A DNA stretch of 64,000 bases from Clostridiales bacterium UBA5448 (GCA_002427425.1 DIRA01000025.1:921-64920), one strand, 5' to 3'. Counted from the stretch's first letter, positions 30,100 to 41,291 are shown. Made by a program: numbers and translations. Notes: generated by a model from the letters alone, not told the origin.

Positions 30100-31356
30100 A
30101 TGGCCACTGCAATCATTATGCCCCGCCAAGGGCAAAGCGTCGAAAGCTGCTTGATCACCACATGGGTAAAAAAAGAGGGTGATCCTGTCAAAAACGGTGA
30201 CGTGCTGTTTTCTTACGAGACAGACAAATCTTCCTTTGATGAAACATCCACCGTGGAAGGAACACTGCTGAAAATATGCAAGGAAGAAGGAGAAGATGTT
30301 CCCTGTCTGGAAGTTACCTGCGTGATAGGCACTCCCGGTGAAGATATATCGGCACTTCTGCCTTCTTCTGATGTCTCGCAGGATGCCCCCAAAGAAGATA
30401 CCACCCGGGCAGCTCCTATAACCATGGCTCCTGTTCAGGCAGCAGCCACCGCCGCCGGCCCCTCCGACAAAATTTCTCCCAGAGCCAAACAGCTCTCTGA
30501 AAAAACAGGTGCCCTTTTGAGCGCCGCCGTACCCACCGGGCCCGACGGCAGAATCATCGAACGGGATGTACAGGCAGTTTTGGACCGCGGCTTTGTATCC
30601 ACAAACGAAGAAGCTCCTGCCACCGCCGCTCCGATTTCGCCGGTGGCGCCTTCCACCACCGATTATATGGAAGAACCTCTGCCCCATATCCGCAAGGTCA
30701 TCGCCAAGGCCATGCATGCTTCCTTAAGCGAAATGGCGCAATTGACTCTCAACGCGTCATTTGATGCCACCCAGATCCGGAATATGCGCAATGACATCAA
30801 AGCCAACGGCGAAAAGTTGGGTTTGAATAACATCACCCTCAACGATATGATTCTCTTTGCGGTTGCCCGTACCCTGCCCGCATTCCGTGGGTTGAATGCC
30901 CATTATATTGACAACAAAACCATGCGGTACTTCCAACATGTGAATCTGGGCATCGCCGTGGATACAGAGCGCGGACTGCTGGTTCCCACCCTGTTCGGCG
31001 CCAACACCATGTCTCTGTATGCCTTGTCCAACGCTGCAAAAATTCTTATCACCGAAGCACAGAAAGGCACCATTTCCCCTGACATGCTCAAAGGTGGCAC
31101 CTTCACGGTAACCAACCTGGGTTCTTTAGGGGTGGAAAGCTTCACTCCGGTGATTAACCCACCTCAGACCGGCATTCTGGGCGTAAATACCATTGTTCGC
31201 CGTATCAAAGAAGTAGATGGAAAAGATGTGTCCTATCCTGCCATGGGATTGTCCCTGACCTTTGACCACCGTGCATTGGACGGCGCACCTGCGGCCAAAT
31301 TCCTGAAAGCCTTGTGTCTCAATCTGGAAAACTTCCAGTCCTTGTTGATGAAATAA
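30100..31356 (+). CDS. 2-oxoacid dehydrogenase E2 (dihydrolipoamide acyltransferase)
   Basis: Lipoyl domain with ETDKS lipoyl-lysine motif, Ala/Pro linker, peripheral-subunit-binding domain (SPRAKQLSEKTG), catalytic DHRALDG. Confidence 0.9.
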   Translation: MATAIIMPRQGQSVESCLITTWVKKEGDPVKNGDVLFSYETDKSSFDETSTVEGTLLKICKEEGEDVPCLEVTCVIGTPGEDISALLPSSDVSQDAPKEDTTRAAPITMAPVQAAATAAGPSDKISPRAKQLSEKTGALLSAAVPTGPDGRIIERDVQAVLDRGFVSTNEEAPATAAPISPVAPSTTDYMEEPLPHIRKVIAKAMHASLSEMAQLTLNASFDATQIRNMRNDIKANGEKLGLNNITLNDMILFAVARTLPAFRGLNAHYIDNKTMRYFQHVNLGIAVDTERGLLVPTLFGANTMSLYALSNAAKILITEAQKGTISPDMLKGGTFTVTNLGSLGVESFTPVINPPQTGILGVNTIVRRIKEVDGKDVSYPAMGLSLTFDHRALDGAPAAKFLKALCLNLENFQSLLMK

Positions 31357-31371
31357 GAAAGGATTACCGAC

Positions 31372-32730
31372 ATGTATGATATCATTGTCCTGGGCGGCGG
31401 TCCTGCCGGATATAATGCGGCGGAACGCGCTTCCCACGGAGGATTGAAAACACTGCTCATCGAAGAAAGAATTCTGGGCGGCGTTTGCTTGAATGAGGGA
31501 TGTATCCCCACCAAATCCTTGTTGTATTCCGCTAAAATTTTTGATTATTCCAAACACGCTGACCAATACGGCGTCAGCTTTTCAGATGCCAAAATCGATC
31601 ATGCAGCGGTGGTCAAACGTAAAAACAAGGTTGTAAAGACCTTGGTGTCCGGCGTTACGTATAAAATGAAAAGTGCTCATGTCACCGTGGTGAACGCCTC
31701 GGCTCAAATCACCGGAAAAACCTCCGACGGCTTTACGGTAAAAGCGGGGGATGAAACCTATGGGGGCAAAAAGCTTTTAATTTGTACCGGTTCCTCGCCG
31801 GTACTCCCCCCCATTAATGGCTTGAACGATTCCCTGCACTCCGGTTTTGCCCTGACCAATCGGGAAATTCTTGACCTGACTGCCATTCCCAAAAAGTTGG
31901 TAGTGGTAGGCGGCGGTGTCATCGGTTTGGAAATGGCGAGCTATTTCAACAGCGTCGGCAGTGAAGTCACCGTCATTGAAATGCTGGATCATATCGCCGG
32001 TCCCACCGATAGCCAGATTTCCTCTATGCTTCAAAAGGACTATGCAAAACGGGGCGTTCGCTTTATTCTCAACGCCAAAGTCATCTCCATCAAAAACGGT
32101 GGCGTTTCTTTTGAAAAAGACGGCAATGCCGATTCCGTAGCTGCCGACCATGTGCTGGTTTCCATCGGCAGGCGGGCCCGTACCATCGGTATCGGCCTCG
32201 AATCCATCGGCGTGATGGTAGAACGGGGTGCCGTGGTCACCGACGAATATTGCCGCACCAATATCCCTGATGTATATGCCGCGGGCGACGTAAACGGCAA
32301 GTCCATGCTGGCCCATACCGCATACCGGGAAGGGGAAGTGGCAGTGAACAATATGTTGGGGAACAAGGACAGTGTAGATTACAACGCCATCCCTTCCGTT
32401 ATTTACACCAATCCCGAAGTAGCTGCCGTTGGCGAAACCGAAGAAACTGCCAAACAAAAAGGGTTGGATGTAAGCATCAAGACAGCGCCTCTTCGCCTCT
32501 CCGGACGGTACATTGCCGAAAATGAAGGCGGCAACGGTATAATGAAAATCATTGTTGATTACAAACGGAACCGTCTACTTGGCATCCACATGATCGGTTC
32601 CTACGCCTCAGAAATCATATACGGCGCCGCCATGATGATCGGACGGGAAATGCGCATCGATGATATCAAAAAGCTCGTCTTCCCCCATCCCTCCGTATCC
32701 GAAGTGCTCCGTGAAATGATGTTCCTGTAA
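31372..32730 (+). CDS. lpdA: Dihydrolipoyl dehydrogenase (E3)
   Basis: GGGPAGY FAD motif, redox disulfide [16 protein letters not shown] motif [12 protein letters not shown]-terminal HPS.SE. Confidence 0.9.
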   Translation: MYDIIVLGGGPAGYNAAERASHGGLKTLLIEERILGGVCLNEGCIPTKSLLYSAKIFDYSKHADQYGVSFSDAKIDHAAVVKRKNKVVKTLVSGVTYKMKSAHVTVVNASAQITGKTSDGFTVKAGDETYGGKKLLICTGSSPVLPPINGLNDSLHSGFALTNREILDLTAIPKKLVVVGGGVIGLEMASYFNSVGSEVTVIEMLDHIAGPTDSQISSMLQKDYAKRGVRFILNAKVISIKNGGVSFEKDGNADSVAADHVLVSIGRRARTIGIGLESIGVMVERGAVVTDEYCRTNIPDVYAAGDVNGKSMLAHTAYREGEVAVNNMLGNKDSVDYNAIPSVIYTNPEVAAVGETEETAKQKGLDVSIKTAPLRLSGRYIAENEGGNGIMKIIVDYKRNRLLGIHMIGSYASEIIYGAAMMIGREMRIDDIKKLVFPHPSVSEVLREMMFL

Positions 32731-32786
32731 ACAACCCATCATTTGATACAATAAAGTTAGATACTATTAAGAAAGAAGGACCTGTC

Positions 32787-35261
32787 ATGCCTAAGAGTCA
32801 ATTTATCAATCCCAAGGATATCAGAAAACCCGGATTTATTCATTTTGATGATATTCCTGTTCACCAGTATTCATTATCCATTGAAGACGAAAAGAAAATC
32901 TATACAGAAAAAGAACTGTTACAGGTTTTCAGGGATATGGCCATCATCCGGGAATTCGAAACACTCCTCAACGAAATAAAAACCAAATCCGTTTACAACG
33001 GCGTGGAATACAACAACCCCGGTCCCGCTCACCTGTCCCTAGGTCAGGAAGCTTCCGCTGTGGGTGAAGCTTTTCATCTCGATACCCATGACTTTATTTT
33101 TGGTTCTCACCGCAGCCATGGTGAAATCCTGGCAAAAGGTTTGTCTGCCATTGAAAAGCTCTCGAGTGAAGAACTGTATGACATCATGAAAGATTTCCTG
33201 GACGGCACCATTTTAAACGTGGTGGAAGGCAAAGAGGAAGTCAAAGGCGATGTGAAAGATTTGGCAATTGATTTCTTGCTCTATGGCGCATTGGCGGAAA
33301 TTTTTGCCCGTACCACCGGCTTCAACAAGGGTCTGGGCGGTTCGATGCATGCCTTCTTTATCCCCTTCGGCATTTTTCCCAACAACGCCATCGTGGGCGG
33401 CAGCGGCACCATCGCCATGGGGGCGGCTTTGTACAAACGTTCCAACCGCAAGCCCGGTATTGTCGTGGCAAACATTGGTGACGGTTCGCTGGGGCGCGGT
33501 CCCGTGTGGGAAGCACTTTGCATGAGTACCATGGATCAGATCAAAAAACTCTGGGATAGGGATCTGGGCGGCGGTCTGCCATTGATGTTCAACGTATTCA
33601 ACAACTTCTACGGCATGGGCGGTCAGACCTACGGCGAGACCATGGGTTACGAATTTGCTGCCAGAATCGGTGCCGGCGTGACCGGAAATCAGATGCTCTC
33701 CGAACGTGTGGACGGTTACAACCCCTTGGCAGTAGCCGAAGCCTACAAGCGTAAAAAAGCCCAATTGCTTCAAGGGGAAGGTCCCGCTTTGCTGGATGTA
33801 ATGACCTATCGTGTATCCGGTCATTCTCCATCCGACTCCTCTACCTACAGAACCCAGGAAGAAATCGATGCCTGGAAAAACGAAGATCCCATCCTGGCAT
33901 TTGGTAACAAACTGATTGCCGGCGGTCTTGCCACTGAAGAAAGCCTGGCGGCGATGCAAGAGAGCATCCGCAATCGTTTAACCAAAATCATCCGTCTGGC
34001 GATCGACGATACCCTCTCTCCCCGCATGGATCTAGATACACAACCCAACGCCATTGCAAACTTGATGTTCTCTCATAAAAAAGTCGAGAAAATGGAAGAT
34101 CGTGCCCCCGACGTGCTTATTTCCAAAGAAGAAAATCCCCGGGTGAAATCTTTGGCAACCAAAGTTCGGTTTGCGTGGGACGAACATGGAAAACCCGTTC
34201 CCAAAGCCAAAACTTTTGGACTGCGGGATGGTATCTTTGAAGCCATTTTAGATAAATTTTATGAAGATCCCACCCTCATTGCATACGGTGAAGATAATCG
34301 TGACTGGGGCGGTGCCTTTGCGGTCTACCGCGGTTTGACGGAAGCATTGCCTTACCATCGTTTCTTCAACTCTCCGATTTCCGAAGCGGCGATCGTGGGT
34401 TCCGCCGTCGGATATGCCATGTGCGGCGGCCGTGCCATCGTGGAATTGATGTATGCCGACTTCATCGGCTGCGCCGGAGATGAAATTTTCAACCAGCTGT
34501 CCAAATGGCAATCCATGTCCGCCGGTATTTTGAAGATGCCCGTCGTCGTCCGTGTTTCCGTCGGATCCAAATACGGCGCCCAGCATTCTCAGGACTGGAC
34601 AGCACTCACCGCACACATTCCCGGCTTGAAAGTGGTATTCCCGGCGACACCATACGATGCCAAAGGCCTCATGTGTACCGCATTGAATGGGACCGATCCT
34701 GTCATCTTCTTTGAATCTCAGCGTATATACGACAAGGGTGAACAGTTCCACGAAGGTGGCGTTCCTACCGATTCCTATGAATTGGCCATCGGCGAACCCG
34801 ATATAAAAGTCGCCGGTTCCGATGTGACCATTCTTTCTATTGGCGCCGTGCTGTACAGAGCCCTGGAAGCCGCTAAAATTCTGAAAGAAAAATATAACCT
34901 GACCGCTGAGGTCATTGATGCTCGTTCACTGGTTCCTTTCAACTACGAAAAAGTGGTGGAATCCGTGAAAAAAACAGGCCGCATCATCATCGTAGGCGAT
35001 GCTTGTGAACGGAACTCGATTATGAGAGATATGGCTTCCAATATCACCGAAATGTGCTTTGATTACCTGGATGGTCCTCCCGTGGTGGTAGGTTCCCGCA
35101 ACTGGATCACCCCTGCGTATGAACTGGAAAAGCACTTCTTCCCCCAGCCTTCCTGGATTTTGGATGCCATTCACGAGAAAATCCTTCCCCTGCCTGGTCA
35201 TGTGACCACCGCCAATTTTACCAACTTGGAAAAAATTGAACGCGCCAAGAAAGGTATCTGA
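32787..35261 (+). CDS. Fused E1 alpha/beta TPP-dependent 2-oxoacid dehydrogenase component
   Basis: 824 aa. The N-terminal half has the TPP-binding IGDGS..G...E motif of E1-alpha. The C-terminal half has the transketolase-like pyrimidine-binding and C-terminal domains of E1-beta ([12 protein letters not shown].., [12 protein letters not shown]). Confidence 0.85.
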   Translation: MPKSQFINPKDIRKPGFIHFDDIPVHQYSLSIEDEKKIYTEKELLQVFRDMAIIREFETLLNEIKTKSVYNGVEYNNPGPAHLSLGQEASAVGEAFHLDTHDFIFGSHRSHGEILAKGLSAIEKLSSEELYDIMKDFLDGTILNVVEGKEEVKGDVKDLAIDFLLYGALAEIFARTTGFNKGLGGSMHAFFIPFGIFPNNAIVGGSGTIAMGAALYKRSNRKPGIVVANIGDGSLGRGPVWEALCMSTMDQIKKLWDRDLGGGLPLMFNVFNNFYGMGGQTYGETMGYEFAARIGAGVTGNQMLSERVDGYNPLAVAEAYKRKKAQLLQGEGPALLDVMTYRVSGHSPSDSSTYRTQEEIDAWKNEDPILAFGNKLIAGGLATEESLAAMQESIRNRLTKIIRLAIDDTLSPRMDLDTQPNAIANLMFSHKKVEKMEDRAPDVLISKEENPRVKSLATKVRFAWDEHGKPVPKAKTFGLRDGIFEAILDKFYEDPTLIAYGEDNRDWGGAFAVYRGLTEALPYHRFFNSPISEAAIVGSAVGYAMCGGRAIVELMYADFIGCAGDEIFNQLSKWQSMSAGILKMPVVVRVSVGSKYGAQHSQDWTALTAHIPGLKVVFPATPYDAKGLMCTALNGTDPVIFFESQRIYDKGEQFHEGGVPTDSYELAIGEPDIKVAGSDVTILSIGAVLYRALEAAKILKEKYNLTAEVIDARSLVPFNYEKVVESVKKTGRIIIVGDACERNSIMRDMASNITEMCFDYLDGPPVVVGSRNWITPAYELEKHFFPQPSWILDAIHEKILPLPGHVTTANFTNLEKIERAKKGI

Positions 35262-35264
35262 CGC

Positions 35265-36239
35265 ATGAAATTATTGCTTCCGAATACAACCGATCCGTAT
35301 TTCAATCTGGCTCTTGAAGATTATCTTTTGTTGCACACGGATGATGATATCTGTATGCTCTGGCAAAACAAGCCGGTGGTAGTCATCGGGAAAAACCAGA
35401 ACGTGTACGCCGAAGTGGATCTGGAGTATACAAAGGAACAAGATATAGTTGTCGCCCGCCGCGCAAGCGGCGGCGGCGCTGTTTATCATGATCTTGGAAA
35501 CATTAATTACACATTCATCACCCAACGCAATGCTTCCAATACTTTAAACTTTGAAGCCTTTTCAACACCCATGTTAGAGGCACTTCGTTCTCTGGGTATC
35601 CCTTGTGAGATTTCGGGTCGAAACGATCTGGTGAGTTTGGGACAGAAGTTTTCCGGTTCCGCACAGCGTACCACCCAAAATCGCATTTTGCATCACGGCA
35701 CTTTACTGTATAACAGCGATCTTTCAGTATTGTCCCGGGTATTAACCCCCTCTAAAGCCAAACTGGAATCCAAAGCGGTCAAATCAGTCCGCAGTCGTGT
35801 GGTCAATCTAAAAGAACGTCTTCCTGCCACTATGACATTGGATGCCTTGATTGCCTATCTTGCCTCTTATATGGAACATGCCTTGTCCGCTACCCCCTCC
35901 CCCGTTTCCGTTGAGGCTGTCCTTGCCTCCGCAGAATACGTACTACACAATTCCTGGGAATACAATTTCGGACAAAAAGAAACCTATGCAATAGAAAAGG
36001 AGTTGTACACTGCTTGCGGTCTGGTACAAATCGGGTATAATGCCAAAGAGGGTATAATTGAAAAAATCTCCATTCGGGGCGACTTTTTCGGAACCGAACC
36101 GGTAGAAAAACTGGAAAAGGAACTCACCGGTACTGCCTTATCTCCTGCAGCCTTACAGCAAAAACTGAAAACCATTCGGCTTTTTGACTATTTTCGGGGT
36201 ATAACAGAAGAAGAGTTCCTCTCATTGGTGTTGTTTTAA
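35265..36239 (+). CDS. lplA: Lipoate--protein ligase
   Basis: RR.SGGGAVYHDLGN and GSAQR motifs; starts 3 nt after E1. Confidence 0.85.
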   Translation: MKLLLPNTTDPYFNLALEDYLLLHTDDDICMLWQNKPVVVIGKNQNVYAEVDLEYTKEQDIVVARRASGGGAVYHDLGNINYTFITQRNASNTLNFEAFSTPMLEALRSLGIPCEISGRNDLVSLGQKFSGSAQRTTQNRILHHGTLLYNSDLSVLSRVLTPSKAKLESKAVKSVRSRVVNLKERLPATMTLDALIAYLASYMEHALSATPSPVSVEAVLASAEYVLHNSWEYNFGQKETYAIEKELYTACGLVQIGYNAKEGIIEKISIRGDFFGTEPVEKLEKELTGTALSPAALQQKLKTIRLFDYFRGITEEEFLSLVLF

Positions 36240-36259
36240 ATCAATTTTATCATTTTCGC

Positions 36260-36288
36260 TTTACAAGCCATCACTTTTCATGTAAAAT
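36260..36288 (+). promoter_or_regulatory. Candidate sigma-A promoter
   Basis: TTTACA (36260-36265), 17 nt, TAAAAT (36283-36288). Confidence 0.45.
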
Positions 36289-36318
36289 AGCCATACTACG
36301 TTCTCGGAGGGGATCCTA

Positions 36319-36615
36319 ATGAATCCAAAAATTCAGGATGAGCATACTGACCAGTTGATGAAAGCCATTCTTACTTTAAAGACAGCGGAAGAATGCTATA
36401 ATTTTTTTGAAGATTTGTGTACCGTGTCCGAACTCATCGGCATGTCCAGACGTTTATATGCAGCCCGGTTACTTAAGAACAACGAAAACTACACGGAAAT
36501 TTGCCAAAAAAGCGGTCTCTCTTCCGCCACGGTCAGCCGTGTCAGCCGCGCCTTGAAATATGGCACCGATGGTTACAACACAATTCTGGAGCGCCTGGAA
36601 AACGAGGAAGCATAA
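36319..36615 (+). CDS. YerC/YecD family TrpR-like protein
   Basis: 98 aa; FFEDLCT..E...MS.R...A.LL..ATVSRV typical of the YerC family. Confidence 0.8.
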   Translation: MNPKIQDEHTDQLMKAILTLKTAEECYNFFEDLCTVSELIGMSRRLYAARLLKNNENYTEICQKSGLSSATVSRVSRALKYGTDGYNTILERLENEEA

Positions 36616-37371
36616 ATGAGTGCCTATTCCGCGCTGGCCGCCTGTTATGATATCATGAACGGCGATGCAGCTTATGAACAATATCTTTCTCTGCTCCTCT
36701 CCTACCTGCCCAAAGGTAACAACACAACCGTGTTGGATGTAGGCTGTGGAACAGGAGATTTGGCCATAATGCTGGCAAATTGTGGGTTCAAGACCTTTGC
36801 ACTGGATTTGTCTCTGGATATGCTGACCGTAGCCGCCAAAAAAGTGGAAAAAGCGAAGAAAAAACCTTTTTTTATCCAGCAGGATATGCGGGAAATGAAA
36901 GTACCCTCTCCTGTGAATTTAATTTACAGCATTTATGACAGTATGAATTATTTGAACAACAACGCAGAACTGGTGCATACTTTCACCCGCATCTATGATT
37001 CTCTGCAAGAGAAAGGGAAATTTGTTTTTGATTTAAATTCCCGTCACCGCTACGAAGACGTATACAAAGACAATACTTTTATCATGGAAGATGTGGGTGT
37101 ATTTTTATCCTGGGAAAACAATTACAATCCCAAAACCCACTACTGTGATTTTTATTTGCATATTTTTTTGGAAACACCTTCAGGATCCGGTCAATACCGC
37201 CGTTCTTTTGAAACCCAACGACAGCGGTATTTTCCCCTGCAAACGGTGAAAAAGTGTTTAAAACAAGCCGGTTTCCAAAACATCGGTGTATATGCCGATC
37301 TGGAGCTAACGCCCCTTACAAAAGAAAATGAGCTGTTTTGCGACAAATATTACTTCATCGCAGACAAATGA
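36616..37371 (+). CDS. Class I SAM-dependent methyltransferase
   Basis: Motif I VLDVGCGTGDLA; directly abuts the yerC stop. Confidence 0.8.
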   Translation: MSAYSALAACYDIMNGDAAYEQYLSLLLSYLPKGNNTTVLDVGCGTGDLAIMLANCGFKTFALDLSLDMLTVAAKKVEKAKKKPFFIQQDMREMKVPSPVNLIYSIYDSMNYLNNNAELVHTFTRIYDSLQEKGKFVFDLNSRHRYEDVYKDNTFIMEDVGVFLSWENNYNPKTHYCDFYLHIFLETPSGSGQYRRSFETQRQRYFPLQTVKKCLKQAGFQNIGVYADLELTPLTKENELFCDKYYFIADK

Positions 37372-37383
37372 GAGGTTGATTCT

Positions 37384-38310
37384 ATGCCAATTTGTATTCC
37401 CAATCAGTTGCCGGCAAGAGAAATCTTGGAACGCGAAAATATATTCATCATGAATGAGATACGGGCTTCCCATCAGGATATCCGTCCTCTGCGGATTGCC
37501 ATTCTCAATCTGATGCCCACCAAAATCGTCACCGAAACCCAGTTGCTACGCCTCTTATCGAACACGCCGCTACAGCTGGAAATCACCCTGCTGCAAACAG
37601 CGACCCATGTGTCGAAAAACACTTCCAGTGAACATCTCAATACCTTTTATCGGGATTATGATGAAGTCAAAAACGAAAAATTTGACGGTCTGATCGTCAC
37701 CGGCGCTCCCGTAGAAAATCTGGATTTTGAAGAAGTGGACTATTGGGAAGAACTGTGTGGCATCATGGACTGGGCCAGAACCAACGTTCACTGCTCCTTG
37801 TATATCTGCTGGGGCGCACAAGCCGCTCTATATCATAAATACGGCATTCCCAAATATCCCTTGGACAAAAAAATGTTCGGCGTATTTGAACACGATGTGT
37901 TACATCCTTCCCACGAACTGGTACGGGGGTTCGACGAAGTGTTTTGGGCACCTCACTCCAGACACTCCCAAGTCAAGGAAGAAGATATACATACCTGCAA
38001 AAAATTGGAAATCCTGGTCAAATCCAAGGAAGCAGGGGTATTTCTGATAGCATCCAAAAGCCGCAGAAGCTTCTTCATCACCGGACATATTGAATATGAC
38101 TATAATACCCTGGCTTTGGAATACGAACGAGATGTTTGCAGGGGTCTGTCCATTGAAGTACCCAAGTATTATTTTCCCAACGACGATCCCAAAAACCGCC
38201 CCGTTAACACCTGGCGCGGACATGCCCATTTGATGTTTGCCAACTGGCTGAACTACTTTGTCTATCAGGAAACTCCTTATGATATCAACAAGATTTTGCC
38301 CTCAGAATAG
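37384..38310 (+). CDS. metA: Homoserine O-acyltransferase MetA (acetyl- or succinyl-transferase)
   Basis: [17 protein letters not shown], catalytic-Cys region [17 protein letters not shown]. Confidence 0.9.
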   Translation: MPICIPNQLPAREILERENIFIMNEIRASHQDIRPLRIAILNLMPTKIVTETQLLRLLSNTPLQLEITLLQTATHVSKNTSSEHLNTFYRDYDEVKNEKFDGLIVTGAPVENLDFEEVDYWEELCGIMDWARTNVHCSLYICWGAQAALYHKYGIPKYPLDKKMFGVFEHDVLHPSHELVRGFDEVFWAPHSRHSQVKEEDIHTCKKLEILVKSKEAGVFLIASKSRRSFFITGHIEYDYNTLALEYERDVCRGLSIEVPKYYFPNDDPKNRPVNTWRGHAHLMFANWLNYFVYQETPYDINKILPSE

Positions 38311-38402
38311 ACGTTCATTCTATCCAAAATTCAATGGAATTTGTTCTGCATGCTTGAAAAAGTTTCAATACGATAATCGATTTTAATTCCTTACAATCTG
38401 AT

Positions 38403-38440
38403 ACCCACTGAGAAAATATTTTCTCGGTGGGTGTTTTGTT
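38403..38440 (+). terminator. Rho-independent terminator after metA
   Basis: Long stem ACCCACTGAGAAAA / TTTTCTCGGTGGGT, followed by GTTTTGTT. Confidence 0.75.
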
Positions 38441-38479
38441 ATGAATGAAAATTGCTCTTCCAAAACAGACCTGTTTTGA

Positions 38480-38508
38480 TTGACATTTTGATAGGTATCC
38501 TGTATAGT
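38480..38508 (+). promoter_or_regulatory. Candidate sigma-A promoter of the ABC transporter genes
   Basis: TTGACA (38480-38485), 17 nt, TATAGT (38503-38508). Confidence 0.55.
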
Positions 38509-38585
38509 AAATATAATTCCATCCAACATTTGGAATTTTTTTACCAAACACAGTTAAGTCTACATGAAAAGGCAGGTGGCGCGCT

Positions 38586-39296
38586 TTGACTACACAGCAA
38601 AACAATATGATTGATTGCAATGGTCTCACAAAATCCTATGGAAAAATGCCCGTATTGTTTAACCTGGACTTACATTTGCCGGCGGGTAAAATTATCGGTC
38701 TTTTGGGCCCAAACGGCTCGGGTAAAACCACCTTTATCAAATTAGCAGCAGGTCTGTTAAAACCCACATCCGGAACAATACGTATCCATAACCAGGAAAT
38801 CGGTCCCGAAACCAAAGCCATAGTTTCCTATTTGCCGGAACGTCCTTATTTCGATAAGATGATGACCCCAATGGACATGATGGACTTTTTTGTAGATTTT
38901 TATTCGGATTTTGACCGTAATCGGGCAGAAACCATGATAAAGAATCTACAAATTGATCCGACTTCTAAAATGAAACATCTCTCCAAAGGTAACAAAGAAA
39001 AGGTTCAGCTTATATTGGTTATGAGCCGGAGAGCTAAATTATATTTGCTGGACGAACCCATCGCCGGCGTAGACCCCGCTGCCAGAGATTACATTTTGCG
39101 TACGATCATCAGCAATTATGATCCGAGTGCAACGGTCATAATTTCCACCCATTTGCTTTATGATGTGGAAAACACCCTGGATGAGTTTATTTTCCTTTCC
39201 AACGGCAAGATCTTACTGTATGATTCAGTGAAATCCGCAAAAGAAAAGCACGGCGTTGGTTTAGACGAATTGTTCAGGAGGGTATACGGATGGTAA
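38586..39296 (+). CDS. ABC transporter ATP-binding protein
   Basis: Walker A GPNGSGKTT, signature LSKGNKEK (degenerate), Walker B LYLLDEP. TTG start after AGGTGG. Confidence 0.85.
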   Translation: MTTQQNNMIDCNGLTKSYGKMPVLFNLDLHLPAGKIIGLLGPNGSGKTTFIKLAAGLLKPTSGTIRIHNQEIGPETKAIVSYLPERPYFDKMMTPMDMMDFFVDFYSDFDRNRAETMIKNLQIDPTSKMKHLSKGNKEKVQLILVMSRRAKLYLLDEPIAGVDPAARDYILRTIISNYDPSATVIISTHLLYDVENTLDEFIFLSNGKILLYDSVKSAKEKHGVGLDELFRRVYGW

Positions 39297-40114
39297 AAAA
39301 ACTTTTAAAATATGATTTTCGCAGTGTTTCGCGCCTCGTGTTCCCTTTCACCTTGGCAGTGTTTGCCGCCTCCCTGTTGGGAACAGTTGCTTTAAAAACC
39401 ATGATTTTGATTACAGATGATGGCTTTCAGCCACCATGGCCTGCTGTTGTTTCTATCATCATCGGTGGCATTTGTGTCATTTTGATCATAGCTACTGGCT
39501 TGGCTATCATTGCTTTTTCCACGGGAACCGTTATCATGTCCTATGCCCGGTATTATACCAACTGTTTTACCGATGAAGGGTATTTGACTTTTACGCTTCC
39601 TGTGAAAACCTCCACCCATCTTCATGCCAAAATAATCAATACCTTTCTTTGGTTTTTATACTCCGGTTTCATCTCTGTTTTTTGTGTATTTTTTATTTTG
39701 TCTTTTGGTACATCGTCTGCATTTTTTAACACGGAAATTTATAAAACCATACTTGACATATTGAAAAGTGTGTTTTTCGAAGATCTACATCTTTACATCA
39801 TAGAATATCTCTTTTTGGGATTATTGGGTGTTCTGTATAACATCGTGCTCATTTTTGCTTGTATCACAATCGGTTCTATCGTTGCCAAAAAGCAAAAAGT
39901 GTTGGCAGCCATCGGCATTTATTATGGAACCAATCTCATTTTAAGTATTCCTATGAATATTTTCTCCGTTTTCATCTTGATGCTAAATGAAAACAATCCT
40001 GCATTTATCCCCCACGCATATTGCATCTTGTACTCCATTTTATTTATTGTACTGGGTTTGGTTGCATATTTTTTCTGTCGTCACTTGTTGCAGAATAAAT
40101 TGAACTTGGCATAG
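39290..40114 (+). CDS. Putative ABC-associated polytopic membrane protein (permease)
   Basis: 274 aa, about 6 TM; overlaps the ATPase gene by 7 nt. No family recognised. Confidence 0.55.
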   Translation: MVKKLLKYDFRSVSRLVFPFTLAVFAASLLGTVALKTMILITDDGFQPPWPAVVSIIIGGICVILIIATGLAIIAFSTGTVIMSYARYYTNCFTDEGYLTFTLPVKTSTHLHAKIINTFLWFLYSGFISVFCVFFILSFGTSSAFFNTEIYKTILDILKSVFFEDLHLYIIEYLFLGLLGVLYNIVLIFACITIGSIVAKKQKVLAAIGIYYGTNLILSIPMNIFSVFILMLNENNPAFIPHAYCILYSILFIVLGLVAYFFCRHLLQNKLNLA

Positions 40115-40160
40115 GGAGGTAAAGGGTTTTAAAAAATATTTCATCCTGTTATCTTCCCTC

Positions 40161-40421
40161 TTGGTGGTCTGTATGATCGCTTTTGCAGTTTTGTCGAATG
40201 TTCAACTCAAACAATTTGAAAACATCCACTATACCGAAGGATCCGTCGTCATGATTGAGGAAATCAGCTATCAGTATTATCCTGATTTATATGAGTACCC
40301 ATGGTGTATTGTCAATGAATCAGATGAAAAGATAGCCAATTGGATCGTCGAAAAAAACGGCGAGAACGTAAAATACGGTATTTACACGTTGATGGGGGAT
40401 AGATGCAGGGCCTTTTGTTAA
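40161..40421 (+). CDS. Hypothetical small protein with N-terminal hydrophobic segment
   Basis: ORF only, with TTG start and no clear RBS. It is in the same frame as the next ORF but separated from it by three stops. Confidence 0.3.
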   Translation: MVVCMIAFAVLSNVQLKQFENIHYTEGSVVMIEEISYQYYPDLYEYPWCIVNESDEKIANWIVEKNGENVKYGIYTLMGDRCRAFC

Positions 40422-40511
40422 ATCAATATCCGATCGAATCAAATATCCTATTGAAAAATAATCACCGGATGATTCAATGCTCAAAACGGTTTTGGATGTA
40501 TCATACAGAAA

Positions 40512-41231
40512 ATGACAGTCAGTGAATACAGGATATTTTCGTCCGATGAAATACAAACCATCTTGAATCCGGCGGTCTTATCAGAGTACCTTCAATTTAT
40601 CAACACTGCTGAAAACATCACAATTTCGACAGAAAAGTATTATCAATTAGATGTTCTTGCAGGAAAATATGAAGTTTGCGCCGATGATGTAGTTGCATGC
40701 ACTTGTCCATGCGGCGGCATATATAGCGCAGATAATGAAAACGAAACCATTTTTTGTTCTGTCTACGGTACGATAGCGGAAGATATATCAGAAGAAGACG
40801 ATAACCCCTTTCTTGAAACCGGTAATACCCAAAATTATTTTTATCTTGCCAATGATTCTCACTATAAAGTTACAACATGGGGAGATTTGGAAAAATTTAA
40901 TCCCCAGAAAAATGATGAGCCCGGAACGATCATCCCCACAGGAACCATTTTCTATTATAAGGGAGAATACTATTTATTCAGAGATCAACAATATTTAACC
41001 AAAAGCACAAACTTGCCGGCATATGTCGCACACTATGGCGTTCAAATTAAATATTTTTCTTTCACATTACCAACCACCGCCTTACAACCCGGCGATGTAA
41101 AACTTGAAAACCAAAAATCCTATGTGTTTTTCCCTTATTCTCGCTACTGGAATGATTACCTGGAACCAACCCTTTGGTATCAATTGTCCTTCAACCCCAT
41201 AACAAAATATGAAAAGACCCGCAGAATATAA
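40512..41231 (+). CDS. Hypothetical protein (239 aa)
   Basis: An ORF with ordinary composition (aromatic-rich C-terminal half, CxCxC stretch VACTCPCGG). No family recognised. Confidence 0.4.
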   Translation: MTVSEYRIFSSDEIQTILNPAVLSEYLQFINTAENITISTEKYYQLDVLAGKYEVCADDVVACTCPCGGIYSADNENETIFCSVYGTIAEDISEEDDNPFLETGNTQNYFYLANDSHYKVTTWGDLEKFNPQKNDEPGTIIPTGTIFYYKGEYYLFRDQQYLTKSTNLPAYVAHYGVQIKYFSFTLPTTALQPGDVKLENQKSYVFFPYSRYWNDYLEPTLWYQLSFNPITKYEKTRRI

Positions 41232-41291
41232 TCAACGGGATAGATTGATTCATCCCCATTGCGATTTTTTTATTTTTGCCTGTTTTTGTTG

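Noticed and set aside
29974-30717. 247-aa minus-strand ORF rich in Gly/Arg/Cys
   Set aside because: It is antisense to the well-supported E2 gene, across its Ala/Pro-rich linker. The composition is low-complexity with no RBS. It is a classic shadow ORF.
31777-33959. 226-aa and 248-aa minus-strand ORFs (31777-32457 and 33213-33959)
   Set aside because: They are antisense to lpdA and the E1 gene. They are typical long shadow ORFs in relatively GC-rich coding DNA.
38315-38629. 104-aa minus-strand ORF in the metA/ABC intergenic region
   Set aside because: It spans a plus-strand terminator and a consensus promoter and runs into the ABC gene start. It has no RBS.
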